IMG/VR virus record: IMGVR_UViG_3300032225_001178
Span: 1-46,632 of that record
Strand: one strand, 5' to 3'
Source of the DNA: a virus
Taxonomy: Duplodnaviria; Caudoviricetes
Length of the DNA stretch: 46,632 nt
Shown here: positions 9,563-19,344 of the stretch, piece by piece
Layout: each line of letters starts with the position of its first letter
Position numbering within the stretch: position 1 is the stretch's first letter
The notes under the pieces: generated by a model
What the model was told of the DNA's origin: nothing
Database searches by the model: none
The model's input: the letters and a program-made list of their open reading frames with translations, nothing else
Program-made: the position numbers and the translations under genes

Positions 9563-11046
9563 TTAAGACCCTAACTGTACTTGGTGGCGGCAATGCTGGC
9601 CTGATGGTTGCACTATATCTGCGAGCATCCAATCCTCACTTAAAAATCACCGTTGTTAAATCAACCAAGATAGGCACGATTGGAGTCGGTGAAGGATCAA
9701 CAGAACATTGGGATTTATTTGCCAAGGCCACGGGAATCGCTAACTGGGAAATTATCAAAGAATGTGGGGCCACCCTCAAAGCCGGTATTAAATTTGAAAA
9801 CTGGCACGGTGATAGCACCAGTTACTATCACAGTATTCCAGAATATATGGCTGTTGCGGATCCCTACACGGGCTGTCCGTACACAATGATGTCGATGATT
9901 CGAGACGGTGTCGGCAACGAATCGATGCATTGGGATCTAGCAATGCAAGGGCTGCATACCGAACCACTGGCCGATAATTTTTATCAATTTCACTTTGACA
10001 GCGAAAAACTAAATGCCTTTTTCCTACGTAAATGCAGCGAACGCGGTATTGATATTGTTGAAGCTGAGATTGTTGATGCTATCATAGACAGAGACGGCTT
10101 TGTTGAATCAATCGTTGACACAGAAAATAATCGGTATGCCGCAGACTTCTTTGTTGACAGCAGTGGATTCCGTAGAGTTATATCTTCAAAGCTGGGATCA
10201 ACCTGGGTTGATTGGTCAGAGTATCTGCCAATGAATTCAGCTATTGCTTTTCCTAGTCCGTATCAAGAAACTATTCCTCCGTACACATTGGCTAAAGCAT
10301 TGAGCAGTGGGTGGCACTGGCGCAGTCCTGTACAGGATCGCTTTGGCAATGGCTATGTGTTCAGTGATCAATTTATTTCAGAAGATCAAGCGATTGCAGA
10401 AATACAAAAAGAGTTTCCGGATCCTATAAAAATTGCCCGCAAAGTTAGTTTTGTATCAGGAAAGATAGATCGTTTTTGGATCAAGAACTGTGTCAGCGTT
10501 GGCCTGAGCAGCAGCTTTGTCGAACCTCTAGAAGCCAGTAGCATATCGACTACAGTACAGCAGGCTCGTGTACTAGCAGGCGCATTGTCAACCTGGCACC
10601 GTAATGATGCTGTGACTGCAAAGCATTATAATAAGATCTTTGACGAAGTAATGACTAACATTTTAGATTTTATTCAGCTACATTATTTTACCGAACGTAC
10701 GGACAGTGAGTTTTGGCGTTGGTGTAAACACAATCTAAAGATGACTGAATTTAATGCTGAACATTTAGAAATGTTTAAAACTAACTTTATCAATCAGTTG
10801 GCGTTACCAACTACTAACTACTGCATCTATGATATATTAAATTGGGTACAGGTGATGCACGGGCTTAGAATGTTTGATCAAGAAAAAATCAAACAGCAGT
10901 ATGATTTACATTTCAATCATCTTACAGAAGCTGTACGTTACAATTATTCAACTGTGCCTACAAAAGAAACAGCAACGTTCTACACCAGTAGAGAAGCAGT
11001 AAATATTGTCAAGGATCGTTACACAGATAAGGTTTATAAATTATGA
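9559..11046 (+). CDS. Tryptophan halogenase-family flavoprotein (495 aa)
   Basis: GGGNAG FAD motif, IGVGEGS, ATLKAGIKF (Lys equivalent to PrnA K79), FHFD, DSSGF, GWHWRSP, FVEPLEASS. Confidence 0.9.
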   Translation: MIKTLTVLGGGNAGLMVALYLRASNPHLKITVVKSTKIGTIGVGEGSTEHWDLFAKATGIANWEIIKECGATLKAGIKFENWHGDSTSYYHSIPEYMAVADPYTGCPYTMMSMIRDGVGNESMHWDLAMQGLHTEPLADNFYQFHFDSEKLNAFFLRKCSERGIDIVEAEIVDAIIDRDGFVESIVDTENNRYAADFFVDSSGFRRVISSKLGSTWVDWSEYLPMNSAIAFPSPYQETIPPYTLAKALSSGWHWRSPVQDRFGNGYVFSDQFISEDQAIAEIQKEFPDPIKIARKVSFVSGKIDRFWIKNCVSVGLSSSFVEPLEASSISTTVQQARVLAGALSTWHRNDAVTAKHYNKIFDEVMTNILDFIQLHYFTERTDSEFWRWCKHNLKMTEFNAEHLEMFKTNFINQLALPTTNYCIYDILNWVQVMHGLRMFDQEKIKQQYDLHFNHLTEAVRYNYSTVPTKETATFYTSREAVNIVKDRYTDKVYKL

Positions 11047-12548
11047 TAAATTCATTATGTATTTTGGGCGGTGGAACCAGCGGCTGCATCACAGCTTTGA
11101 TGATGCGTAAAGCCTATCCAGATCTTAAAATCACAATGATTGAGTCTAGTCAGTTGGGGATTATAGGTGTCGGAGAAGGCTCAACAGAACATTGGAAAAA
11201 GTTCATTCAACACATAGATGTTAGTGTGCCTGACCTAATTAGAGAAACTGGGGCTACCTATAAAATGGGCATTAAGTTCACCAACTGGCACGGTGATGGT
11301 ACAAGTTACTATCATAGTCTAATAGAGCAATACGGTGGGCATAGCAAAGAAAACGGTCTGGCATTTACCTGGTTGCATATGATTGCCAACGACTGGGATC
11401 CATTAGATACACCCTGGTTACTAAGTATGCAGGGTCGTCACGTAGAACCCTTACACGATATATTTGCACAATATCACTTTGATACTTTTAAATTAAATGC
11501 CTATCTACATAGACTCTGCAGAGAAAGAAATGTTGTTATCGTTGATACTGAAATCAATGATGTTATCTTAGATGAGCAAGGCGATGTAAAAGAATTACTG
11601 GACAAAGACAATAGAAAACACGCTTATGATTTCTATGTTGACTGCTCCGGCTTCCGTAGAGTGATTGCCAGTAAGCTAGGAGCCAAGTGGATAGATAGAA
11701 CTAATCAGTTACCTATGAATTCAGCACTGGCATTTCCTACAGGCTACAAAGAAGAAATTCCTTCTTACACCGAATCAACTGCCCTAAGCAGTGGCTGGGT
11801 ATGGCGTATACCTACACAGGAAAGATTCGGCAACGGCTATGTATTCTGCGACAGTTTTATTGACGAGACTACAGCCTATGATGAAGTTAGCCAGCATTAT
11901 AAAAATAATCTTGGCATTGAAGAAGAATTAAAAATTGGCCGTAAAGTAAAATTTGGTGCTGGTCACGTGGATTGCTATTGGATTAAGAATTGCGTCAGTG
12001 TTGGACTAAGTGGCATTTTCGTAGAGCCATTGGAAGCCAGTAGTATCGGCACAACTATTCAGCAGATTTTTATGCTGATGCCGGCTGTATTCTTTTACGA
12101 AAAAGGATACGACATAGCTGCTAAAAGATATAATCACGATATGGCTATACTGTCTGATAACATAGTTGACTTTATTCAGCTGCATTATTTTACTGAACGC
12201 ACAGACACTGAGTTTTGGCAGTGGTGTAAGAATAATATCGAAGTGACCGATTTTAATAAAGAATATCTAGAGTACTTTAAACGTCATACTCCGCACCCGC
12301 ACTATTTTAATCATCCTATGCAGTTGTTTACACATCTAAGTTATATGCAGGTGATGCACGGACTTAGAATGTTTGATGCATCATATATTAAAAATAAGTA
12401 TGAAAGCCAATTGAGCAAATATAAAGAAATCAATCAAAGTATTTTTGATGAGAATGAAAACTACACTAGAAATGTAGAAAGTTGGCCGCATCGAGAATGT
12501 CTAGAAAAAGTTAAAGAGAGATATGAAACAGTCATTATTAAATTCTAA
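11043..12548 (+). CDS. Tryptophan halogenase-family flavoprotein (501 aa)
   Basis: GGGTSG, IGVGEGS, ATYKMGIKF, DCSGF, GWVWRIP, FVEPLEASS. Close paralog of 9559-11046. Confidence 0.92.
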   Translation: MINSLCILGGGTSGCITALMMRKAYPDLKITMIESSQLGIIGVGEGSTEHWKKFIQHIDVSVPDLIRETGATYKMGIKFTNWHGDGTSYYHSLIEQYGGHSKENGLAFTWLHMIANDWDPLDTPWLLSMQGRHVEPLHDIFAQYHFDTFKLNAYLHRLCRERNVVIVDTEINDVILDEQGDVKELLDKDNRKHAYDFYVDCSGFRRVIASKLGAKWIDRTNQLPMNSALAFPTGYKEEIPSYTESTALSSGWVWRIPTQERFGNGYVFCDSFIDETTAYDEVSQHYKNNLGIEEELKIGRKVKFGAGHVDCYWIKNCVSVGLSGIFVEPLEASSIGTTIQQIFMLMPAVFFYEKGYDIAAKRYNHDMAILSDNIVDFIQLHYFTERTDTEFWQWCKNNIEVTDFNKEYLEYFKRHTPHPHYFNHPMQLFTHLSYMQVMHGLRMFDASYIKNKYESQLSKYKEINQSIFDENENYTRNVESWPHRECLEKVKERYETVIIKF

Positions 12549-14097
12549 AGTTATTGTATTAGGTGGCGGCAGCGCCGGCTGGCTAACAGCACTATTTGTA
12601 CAGCGTAACTGGCCACGCTGCGAAGTAACTGTGGTCGAGGATCCTTCTAAACCCCCAATTATTGCAGGCGAAAGTGGTAGCACTACGTTTGTTACTTTCC
12701 TAAAACATCTAAAGATCGATCACGATGAATTTGTCAAACGAGTAAATGCTACTCCTAAACTAGGAGGAAAGTTTACTGACTGGAATGGTGTGGGTACTGA
12801 ATTTATACACGCTCTTCAAACAGACTATGCTCCTTGGCTAGACGGATGGACTGATTACTTCGCGGGAGCTATGCCAGAAGCAACATTGACCCTTGGGCAG
12901 ATGAACTCAATAATGCAGGCTGAAAAAAATAAAGATACTTTTCTTAAAACAATATTAGGAAATAAAATACCGCTATCGAAGGCATTCTATTCAAGCGAAT
13001 TTATTAATCAGCAGCGTGTGCCGTTTGGCTGCGATGAAAATTTACAGAAACTACCTTGCGCACCAATGTGGCATTTTGAAAGCAGAGCAGGTGCAGCATA
13101 TTTCAAAGAGCTGGGACTTGAACGAGGTATTCGATTAGTTGAAGGAACATTCCAGACTGCTGATCTTAACGAGCGTGGGGATATTACAGCCATTCACCTT
13201 GATGGTGATCGTGTTGAGGAAGCTGATTGGTTTTTTGATTGCAGCGGCTTCGCTAGACTACTGCTAGGAAAAAATCTAAATGAGCCATTGGTAGATATGA
13301 CAGATTACTTTCCAGCTAGGGCAGTCGTTGCTTGGTGGGAGCCTGATCCCTGCTACTCTGTTACAACAAATGCCACAGCAATGAAATATGGATGGAGCTG
13401 GAATATCAACCTTCGACATCGGTCTGGTAACGGATATATCTACGATCCAGATCATATTACACTAGATCAGGCTGTACAAGAAGCTGAAGAAAGATTCAAT
13501 AAAAAAATTACTCCGATCGCAAATTTCCAATTTACTCCAGGTATGATGAAAAATATCTGGAAAAATAACGTATTTGCAGTAGGACTTAGCGGCGGCTTTC
13601 TTGAGCCGCTCGAAGCCAATGGCATAGCATTGATTGTGGAAAATCTGTATGCGATACAGGACTACTGGGATCCGTATCGTCCAGGCTCACAGTCGCCCGA
13701 GACAGTACAACGTATGAACGATCGTATGTGGTTTTTAATGGAAGATTTTCGTGATTTTCTAGCATTGCATTACCGAGGAAAACGTAGAGATACTGAATTT
13801 TGGCGCAGTCACGGAGAGGATAAATTCCGCATTCCTCCATCGTTACAGTTTAAATTAGACGAATGGCACGATTATTTCCGATGTACTATTCCAGAACCCT
13901 GGCCAAAGGCCTACTCAGCCACAGCTTGGATGATGGTTTTGCAGGCATTAGATGTAGTCGATACTAGCAAGATGGCCGAAGTATACAATAATTTGCTGCC
14001 TGCAGGACGAGATGTACTAAATATTAATAATAGCAAGTATAAAGAATTGGTTGAACCGTTTTTATCCATAGAAGAGTGGATTCAGCGGACAGCATAA
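12523..14097 (+). CDS. Divergent tryptophan halogenase-family flavoprotein (524 aa)
   Basis: GGGSAGW, IIAGESG, ATPKLGGKF, DCSGF, GWSWNIN, FLEPLEANG. Confidence 0.88.
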   Translation: MKQSLLNSKVIVLGGGSAGWLTALFVQRNWPRCEVTVVEDPSKPPIIAGESGSTTFVTFLKHLKIDHDEFVKRVNATPKLGGKFTDWNGVGTEFIHALQTDYAPWLDGWTDYFAGAMPEATLTLGQMNSIMQAEKNKDTFLKTILGNKIPLSKAFYSSEFINQQRVPFGCDENLQKLPCAPMWHFESRAGAAYFKELGLERGIRLVEGTFQTADLNERGDITAIHLDGDRVEEADWFFDCSGFARLLLGKNLNEPLVDMTDYFPARAVVAWWEPDPCYSVTTNATAMKYGWSWNINLRHRSGNGYIYDPDHITLDQAVQEAEERFNKKITPIANFQFTPGMMKNIWKNNVFAVGLSGGFLEPLEANGIALIVENLYAIQDYWDPYRPGSQSPETVQRMNDRMWFLMEDFRDFLALHYRGKRRDTEFWRSHGEDKFRIPPSLQFKLDEWHDYFRCTIPEPWPKAYSATAWMMVLQALDVVDTSKMAEVYNNLLPAGRDVLNINNSKYKELVEPFLSIEEWIQRTA

Positions 14098-14100
14098 ATA
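14093..14100 (+). promoter_or_regulatory. Putative late promoter (CATAAATA)
   Basis: 7/8 match overlapping the upstream stop codon, followed by an AAGGAG Shine-Dalgarno and the ATG at 14119. Confidence 0.5.
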
Positions 14101-14118
14101 CTGTTTAAGGAGACAAAA

Positions 14119-14328
14119 ATGTCAAAGATTTATAAGATGATTTATCGCGATGAAGAAAATGACGCGACTCATAAGTTACACGTTATTGAATATTATGTTA
14201 GAGCAGAAGGCCGCAATGCTGCCCAAGCTACTGTAGATGCTGCTAACAAACATAGACACGTTGTAGCAGGTCCAATGGGCCCTATTGCAGAAGCAGATGT
14301 GCCGTCAGACGCACAATGGATCGAATAA
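14119..14328 (+). CDS. Small hypothetical protein (69 aa)
   Basis: Strong AAGGAG Shine-Dalgarno; fills the gap between the convergent operon arms. Confidence 0.75.
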   Translation: MSKIYKMIYRDEENDATHKLHVIEYYVRAEGRNAAQATVDAANKHRHVVAGPMGPIAEADVPSDAQWIE

Positions 14329-14952
14329 TTAACGATTAAACAGTTTCCTGGCTTCAGCCATCTGTTCTAACTCGTTTCTAACCGCCTGGCTAGCATACTC
14401 AAAGGGCAACCCTAAACAGGCTCGAGTATCATATTTTAGCCAGGCGCTTTCACCTGCTACATCTACATACTGTAAAAACGCCTGGATATGGCGTTTTCCC
14501 TTGAGTGGTTCTCTCCAATGCTGGTGCTTGCGACCGCTGTAAATTCCAACATCGCCGACATCTAGATTAAGAGTGTGTACTTCACCTTGATCGTTCTCTA
14601 CGTATAATGGCCAATCTTCTTCCTTTTCTAAACAGATAGAAAGAGTGACTTCTGAGCTTTCACGATCGTGATGTTTTTTTAATTCAGAACCTTCATAGTA
14701 TATTCTGGCATATGAATAAACCGGATATAACTTCATCTCTACAGTTTCTTCAACTATGGGCTGCAGATGTACGCTGAGTGCCTCCATCATCAAGGGACTA
14801 TATCGAGCAAATGTATTATCACATAGATCTGCTAAATTTGCATCAGGATACAAATGTCGGCAGGTTGTTTCCATCATAGAAAATTCAAGTGCTAGAAATT
14901 TACAAAGTTCTTCACTGACTGCTTTTTTAAGTATGATACAGTCTTGTTTCAT
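14329..14952 (-). CDS. Fe(II)/2OG oxygenase (207 aa)
   Basis: YSYARIYYEGSELKKHHDRESSEVTLSICL, GDVGIYSG...HWREPL, QAFLQYV (HxD...H). Confidence 0.85.
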   Translation of the reverse strand: MKQDCIILKKAVSEELCKFLALEFSMMETTCRHLYPDANLADLCDNTFARYSPLMMEALSVHLQPIVEETVEMKLYPVYSYARIYYEGSELKKHHDRESSEVTLSICLEKEEDWPLYVENDQGEVHTLNLDVGDVGIYSGRKHQHWREPLKGKRHIQAFLQYVDVAGESAWLKYDTRACLGLPFEYASQAVRNELEQMAEARKLFNR

Positions 14953-15518
14953 ATTAGTGGAATAAATCCGTTATTGGTGTAAGGCTTTTCCATCCAATCT
15001 TTGATAAACTCACTTTGTGGAGTTGTATGAATATCAAACCCTATAGTTGTACGAATACCGTCAAAGGGCTCGATTGTTTCTACGTGATGATAGCGATATC
15101 CTTTACCAAAATAAATCTGCCCGGGCTTGTTAATAATTTCAACATCGTCGAATACAGTTTTAGTAGTTTGAGGATCAATAGAAATATATCCGTGATATTC
15201 AAAATCGTGATGATGTCTTTGTAATAGTTGATCGTCGGTGTGGTAGTTGACCCAACTCTGTATCCACAGTTCTCGAGTATCTCCTAGCTCGCCTCTAATT
15301 AAATTTCTTAACTCTTTATACACTCTATAAAATGCAGAGCTTGGAGCAGTCAGTGTAAAAATATTATATCGGTCATAGGTCCAAGTCGAATCGTTGTCTG
15401 GAAACATAACTTTAAACAGTCGATGAGCGTGATTCAGGTCGTCCATAAGATCGTGTTGATGCGTTGCTATAAACTCTGATTGATACAGTAAAAAATCTTC
15501 TTCTCGTTTCGTGATCAT
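14949..15518 (-). CDS. Fe(II)/2OG oxygenase-fold protein (189 aa)
   Basis: WIQSWVNYH...RHHHD, NKPGQIYFG...YHHV, RTTIGFD. ATG 15518 gives an ATGA overlap with the upstream stop. Confidence 0.75.
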   Translation of the reverse strand: MITKREEDFLLYQSEFIATHQHDLMDDLNHAHRLFKVMFPDNDSTWTYDRYNIFTLTAPSSAFYRVYKELRNLIRGELGDTRELWIQSWVNYHTDDQLLQRHHHDFEYHGYISIDPQTTKTVFDDVEIINKPGQIYFGKGYRYHHVETIEPFDGIRTTIGFDIHTTPQSEFIKDWMEKPYTNNGFIPLI

Positions 15519-16123
15519 AGTAACATATTTCCTAAATTTATATTGATAAGGCATCGGTAGTTTGTATCTTTACAAAACGATGCGGTATGATAGTATCTAC
15601 CATCAAACGCCAGCAGTTTACCTTTCTTTGGAGTTACACGTTTTTTAACTGTAAATTTTCCATTCTTAATTCGATCGATATCGGCCTGTCCGCTATCAAA
15701 CGTGTCATTAGTTTCGTTGAAAATCAGTGTGTCGCCATCACTGTCATTGACATAATATATTGCATTCCAGTGCGGATGGAAACTGTCTATATGCGGCATA
15801 AGATTGTCCACACCATCAGGTCCGTTAGCTAATGTTAAGTTTGCTCGCATTCTATACAATCTATTAAAAGGTACCGAAGCCTGACTGGTAATGCTTAATA
15901 CTAGCGGATAAACTAATTGAAAAAAGTTACTTACTGGTGCGTTTTTTTCATAGAAAAAATGATTAAATCCGGGTGGGTTTGATTTTAAATTCTTAAAGCA
16001 GTCGTCTCCGGATACCATATTCTTGTTTAATACCCAAGGAAAATCCCAACCAGTTAATGTATCTTCTAGATAATTTTGGTAATCAACAGGTATAACATTT
16101 TCAATTTCAATAATATCGTTCAT
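15515..16123 (-). CDS. Fe(II)/2OG oxygenase (202 aa)
   Basis: RMRANL, PHID, AIYYVNDSDGDT, FDGRYYHTAS, RCLININ. Confidence 0.85.
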   Translation of the reverse strand: MNDIIEIENVIPVDYQNYLEDTLTGWDFPWVLNKNMVSGDDCFKNLKSNPPGFNHFFYEKNAPVSNFFQLVYPLVLSITSQASVPFNRLYRMRANLTLANGPDGVDNLMPHIDSFHPHWNAIYYVNDSDGDTLIFNETNDTFDSGQADIDRIKNGKFTVKKRVTPKKGKLLAFDGRYYHTASFCKDTNYRCLININLGNMLL

Positions 16124-16731
16124 ACTTTTCTAATTAAATTTCCTGATATGGATATGCGATCTTTTTCAGATGTCTGAAAAGGATAGACCATATGCGGCAA
16201 ACAACTTGGGAATAGAAATATAGACCCTTCGAATAAGTTATCTACTGGGAATTCTGACTCTCTAATTTCTCCGAATGCGTTAGTATATATAAAACTAAAC
16301 ATCCCGCTACGTGGCATATTGGATAATTTTACACTCGGGTGTGCTAATTCGTCTTCTATCTTGTAAGGAATAGTTAACCAAATTACAAAACTATAGACAC
16401 CATCGTGTGTGTGCATTGGGTTAAATTCATTTTTCTTCTGTATGTTTACCCAATAACTTTGTAGGCGGAGTGAATCTGCTCTGAGGTCCTTGGCAGTACG
16501 TGTTAGATTATGTCCGACTTCATACTGTGTGCATAACTCTAATAGATATTTTTCTAGTTGTTGTGAATTTTTAGTTAATTTAAATTCAGATTCTATATTG
16601 CCAGCAAGATTTTTATTAAACTTATTTTCAAGTTTGTCTAATTGGTCGACTTCTATTTTTAGAGATTCTATCAGCTCAACTGGTACCGAGTCTTTTACAA
16701 ATCCAAAGTTTGGAAAGGACCCGTACATCAT
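16120..16731 (-). CDS. Fe(II)/2OG oxygenase-fold protein, TIGR02466-like (203 aa)
   Basis: LAGNI, WVNIQKKNEFNPMHTHDGVYSFVIW, FPSCLPHMVYPF, RISISGN. Confidence 0.85.
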   Translation of the reverse strand: MMYGSFPNFGFVKDSVPVELIESLKIEVDQLDKLENKFNKNLAGNIESEFKLTKNSQQLEKYLLELCTQYEVGHNLTRTAKDLRADSLRLQSYWVNIQKKNEFNPMHTHDGVYSFVIWLTIPYKIEDELAHPSVKLSNMPRSGMFSFIYTNAFGEIRESEFPVDNLFEGSIFLFPSCLPHMVYPFQTSEKDRISISGNLIRKV

Positions 16732-17345
16732 ACGGCTGTTCCAAAAATAGTTAATACCAATCGTGAATCTTCTTTGGTTGTTCCAAAATACTGATCAGCA
16801 CTATGCCAAGTATTAGGAGGAAACAGTATACATCTATTGTAGACATTTTCAATTGTTAGTGATCTTTTAAATATCTTTCTCTGCTCTTGTTTATATTTTT
16901 CAAAAACGTGTCGATCCTCTGGCTTGGCATCTAGCTCTGCAAAAAATTGCTCATTAAAGTGCGGCAATGCTTCGTGGGCTGTTTTGCGATAAAATACAGT
17001 TCCGGAATCTTTTGGAGGGTTTGGATTTAAATATATCAATCCAGCTACGTTATAAAAGGGTTCATCTTCGTGTATCCAACCTTTACCATAACTTTCATCG
17101 GTTAGTGTAAAACTCATCTGTAACTGATTGAATGCGTGTCTATCAGGAATATGTTTGATCAGTTTACCTGCAATCGTATGAAAATAACTATCATTTAGCT
17201 TGTCGAGTGTATCTGTACGTGTTCCGGCATAGGTATCAATCTCGTCTCGCTTAAATTCTTGCTTCAACGCAAACTGTCGCCATAATGATGGAGCTTCGAG
17301 AAAATTGTCAATGATCAATGTCGGTTGGCTAAGTGTGCGCTTCAT
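16728..17345 (-). CDS. DUF6445-like Fe(II)/2OG oxygenase (205 aa)
   Basis: IIDNFLEAP, YAGTRT, WIHED, AGLIYLNP...SGTVFY, NVYNRCILF...WHSA, FGTTKEDSRL. Confidence 0.8.
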   Translation of the reverse strand: MKRTLSQPTLIIDNFLEAPSLWRQFALKQEFKRDEIDTYAGTRTDTLDKLNDSYFHTIAGKLIKHIPDRHAFNQLQMSFTLTDESYGKGWIHEDEPFYNVAGLIYLNPNPPKDSGTVFYRKTAHEALPHFNEQFFAELDAKPEDRHVFEKYKQEQRKIFKRSLTIENVYNRCILFPPNTWHSADQYFGTTKEDSRLVLTIFGTAV

Positions 17346-18049
17346 CTTAATCTCACAAAAAATACCTGATTTAATCTCGAATCTTCTTTGGTAGTTCCAA
17401 AAAATGCATCTGCACTATGCCAGCATCTAGAATCAAATAATACAAATCTATTATAAACACTTTCAACTTTAATCTCTGGAGTGAAGTGTGTTAATTGATC
17501 GTCCCTGTATTTTCCTATCTGCTTGCGCTCTTCTGGGGTAGAATCCAATACGTCTTTCATAAACATCTTAGTATATTCTTCTCCATTAAAATCCGGAGCA
17601 TCTTTGTAGATAGTGGTACCGCAGCCTTCTGGAGCTTCTTTATTAAGATAAACAACCCCTGCTACGTGCAATTTTGGATCGTCATCGTGTACCCATCCTC
17701 GACCGTAAGATTCGTCAATCAGTTGAAATGCTGTTTGCAATTCATCAAATTCTTTAAATCCATAGGGCCGCAGTGTAAACATTATCTTTTTACAAACTAT
17801 ATCAAATAGTTCTTGGTTTAACTCGTGTAACAGTTTTGTTCTGACTCCGGGCCAGCTGCCTCTATTGCCCTTAAAGAATTCCTGTTCTAGTGCATATTCT
17901 CTCCACAGGTCGGGATCTTCATAAAAGTCATCTACAATTATTGTTGGAAAGAAAGGGAACAGAAATCTATTCTTAAGATCTCCCTGTTGTATAGCCGCAG
18001 AGCTATTCTGATTGAGCTGAATTAATTTTTCAGAATAGCTTCTAGTCAT
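17342..18049 (-). CDS. DUF6445-like Fe(II)/2OG oxygenase (235 aa)
   Basis: IVDDFYEDP, WPGVRT, WVHDD, AGVVYLN, VYNRFVLF...WHSA, FGTTKEDSRL. ATG 18049 preferred over TTG 18064. Confidence 0.8.
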   Translation of the reverse strand: MTRSYSEKLIQLNQNSSAAIQQGDLKNRFLFPFFPTIIVDDFYEDPDLWREYALEQEFFKGNRGSWPGVRTKLLHELNQELFDIVCKKIMFTLRPYGFKEFDELQTAFQLIDESYGRGWVHDDDPKLHVAGVVYLNKEAPEGCGTTIYKDAPDFNGEEYTKMFMKDVLDSTPEERKQIGKYRDDQLTHFTPEIKVESVYNRFVLFDSRCWHSADAFFGTTKEDSRLNQVFFVRLR

Positions 18050-18635
18050 TTGGGGTTGCTGCAAAGTTAACTGTTATTGCTAATCTTTTAGTAAACATTT
18101 TAGGACAGGTACTTGCGTGATAGTGTAAGCCATTAAATAATACCATCTTTCCTTGCTGTGGCAATGATTTGTGTAACGGATAATATTTCTCAGCTTCTTC
18201 AGTTTCTCTAAAGATTACAGTTTCGCCATCGGATTCGTGTACGTAATAAACTGCGGTATAATGTTCTTGCTCATAGTCTCTATGAGGAGTGTTATGCTTA
18301 TAGGGTGCGTGATGCATTATGTATTTTGTGTTTAGTAAAAATCCGGCGCGAACTCGTAACAATTTTGTTAGAGTCATATTTGATTTTTCAATTATAGCAT
18401 CAACTAACGGCTGGAAAAACCCTAAGTGCGGATTTTCTTCGTGCTTATGATAGTAAATTAAATTCCCAAACCCGGGCGTATTGCTATTATCTAAGGCACT
18501 ATTTGCCAGTTCGCTGGTAGTATCATTCATAAAATGCCAATCAAAGTTAACATCTGTTAGATAACTATAGATTGATTTTTGATAATCTACATCGACTATG
18601 TTGTTAAATTCCACGGGGTTAAATAGTTTTGTCAT
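18042..18635 (-). CDS. Fe(II)/2OG oxygenase (197 aa)
   Basis: RVRAG, PHRD, AVYYVHESDGET, FNGLHYHAST, RLAITVN. Same subfamily as 15515-16123. Confidence 0.85.
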   Translation of the reverse strand: MTKLFNPVEFNNIVDVDYQKSIYSYLTDVNFDWHFMNDTTSELANSALDNSNTPGFGNLIYYHKHEENPHLGFFQPLVDAIIEKSNMTLTKLLRVRAGFLLNTKYIMHHAPYKHNTPHRDYEQEHYTAVYYVHESDGETVIFRETEEAEKYYPLHKSLPQQGKMVLFNGLHYHASTCPKMFTKRLAITVNFAATPND

Positions 18636-19344
18636 TTTTTATCCTATACCAATTCCTATCACTTGACTCGCGTGGATCGTCTGTGGGCAACTTAGTCCAA
18701 CACGGAATGCTCATACTTAGTCTCTTACCCATTGGTTCTGCTATGTGATAGGCCCTTGACGGAATATAGATAGCATCACCTGGCTCTAAAACAACATCAA
18801 AAGCTAGATCAAGTTCTTCTTCTTTTAGCTTATGATTCATTGTGCCGGTTCGATACATTGAGCTTATTCTGTTATTAAAAACTTTCCATCTTGTTTTGCC
18901 CTGTGCCTGAACAATAAAATTAGATGGGTAGTCTTCGTGTATCCAAAAACTCTTTGAATCTTCTAGGCCTCCGTAGACGTGTATAGCAGCATTAATCATA
19001 TATATGTTTTCTAAAATTTCTAGCAATTTCATTGTTTTAGGACTGTGAAAAGCATAATCCATAATAACAAATCCAAAACCATTATTAATTCTATCAAACA
19101 TAAATCCTTTATCTTGTACCTGTCTACCGAACACCCAAGATTTTTTGTTTGTAGGAATTTCAATTTTTAAATTATCTTTGCCGATCATCTCAAATGTGTA
19201 TAGCTCTGGTTTGTTTATACACGATTCAACATCATCCCACGTGACCATTTCACTAGCTTCTGGCAATAGTTGCTTGAAGTAATGAGGTTTATCTTCGTAG
19301 AAAAGATTTGTTTCGTTAAGTAATCGCTGGCCGATAGCGTTCAT
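18619..19344 (-). CDS. JmjC/cupin_4-type oxygenase, YcfD/ROX-like (241 aa)
   Basis: HVY...SFWIHED..NFIVQAQGKTRWKVF...LEPGDAIYIPSRAYHIA; JmjC H-x-D...H with the 2OG-binding Lys. Confidence 0.85.
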   Translation of the reverse strand: MNAIGQRLLNETNLFYEDKPHYFKQLLPEASEMVTWDDVESCINKPELYTFEMIGKDNLKIEIPTNKKSWVFGRQVQDKGFMFDRINNGFGFVIMDYAFHSPKTMKLLEILENIYMINAAIHVYGGLEDSKSFWIHEDYPSNFIVQAQGKTRWKVFNNRISSMYRTGTMNHKLKEEELDLAFDVVLEPGDAIYIPSRAYHIAEPMGKRLSMSIPCWTKLPTDDPRESSDRNWYRIKNDKTI

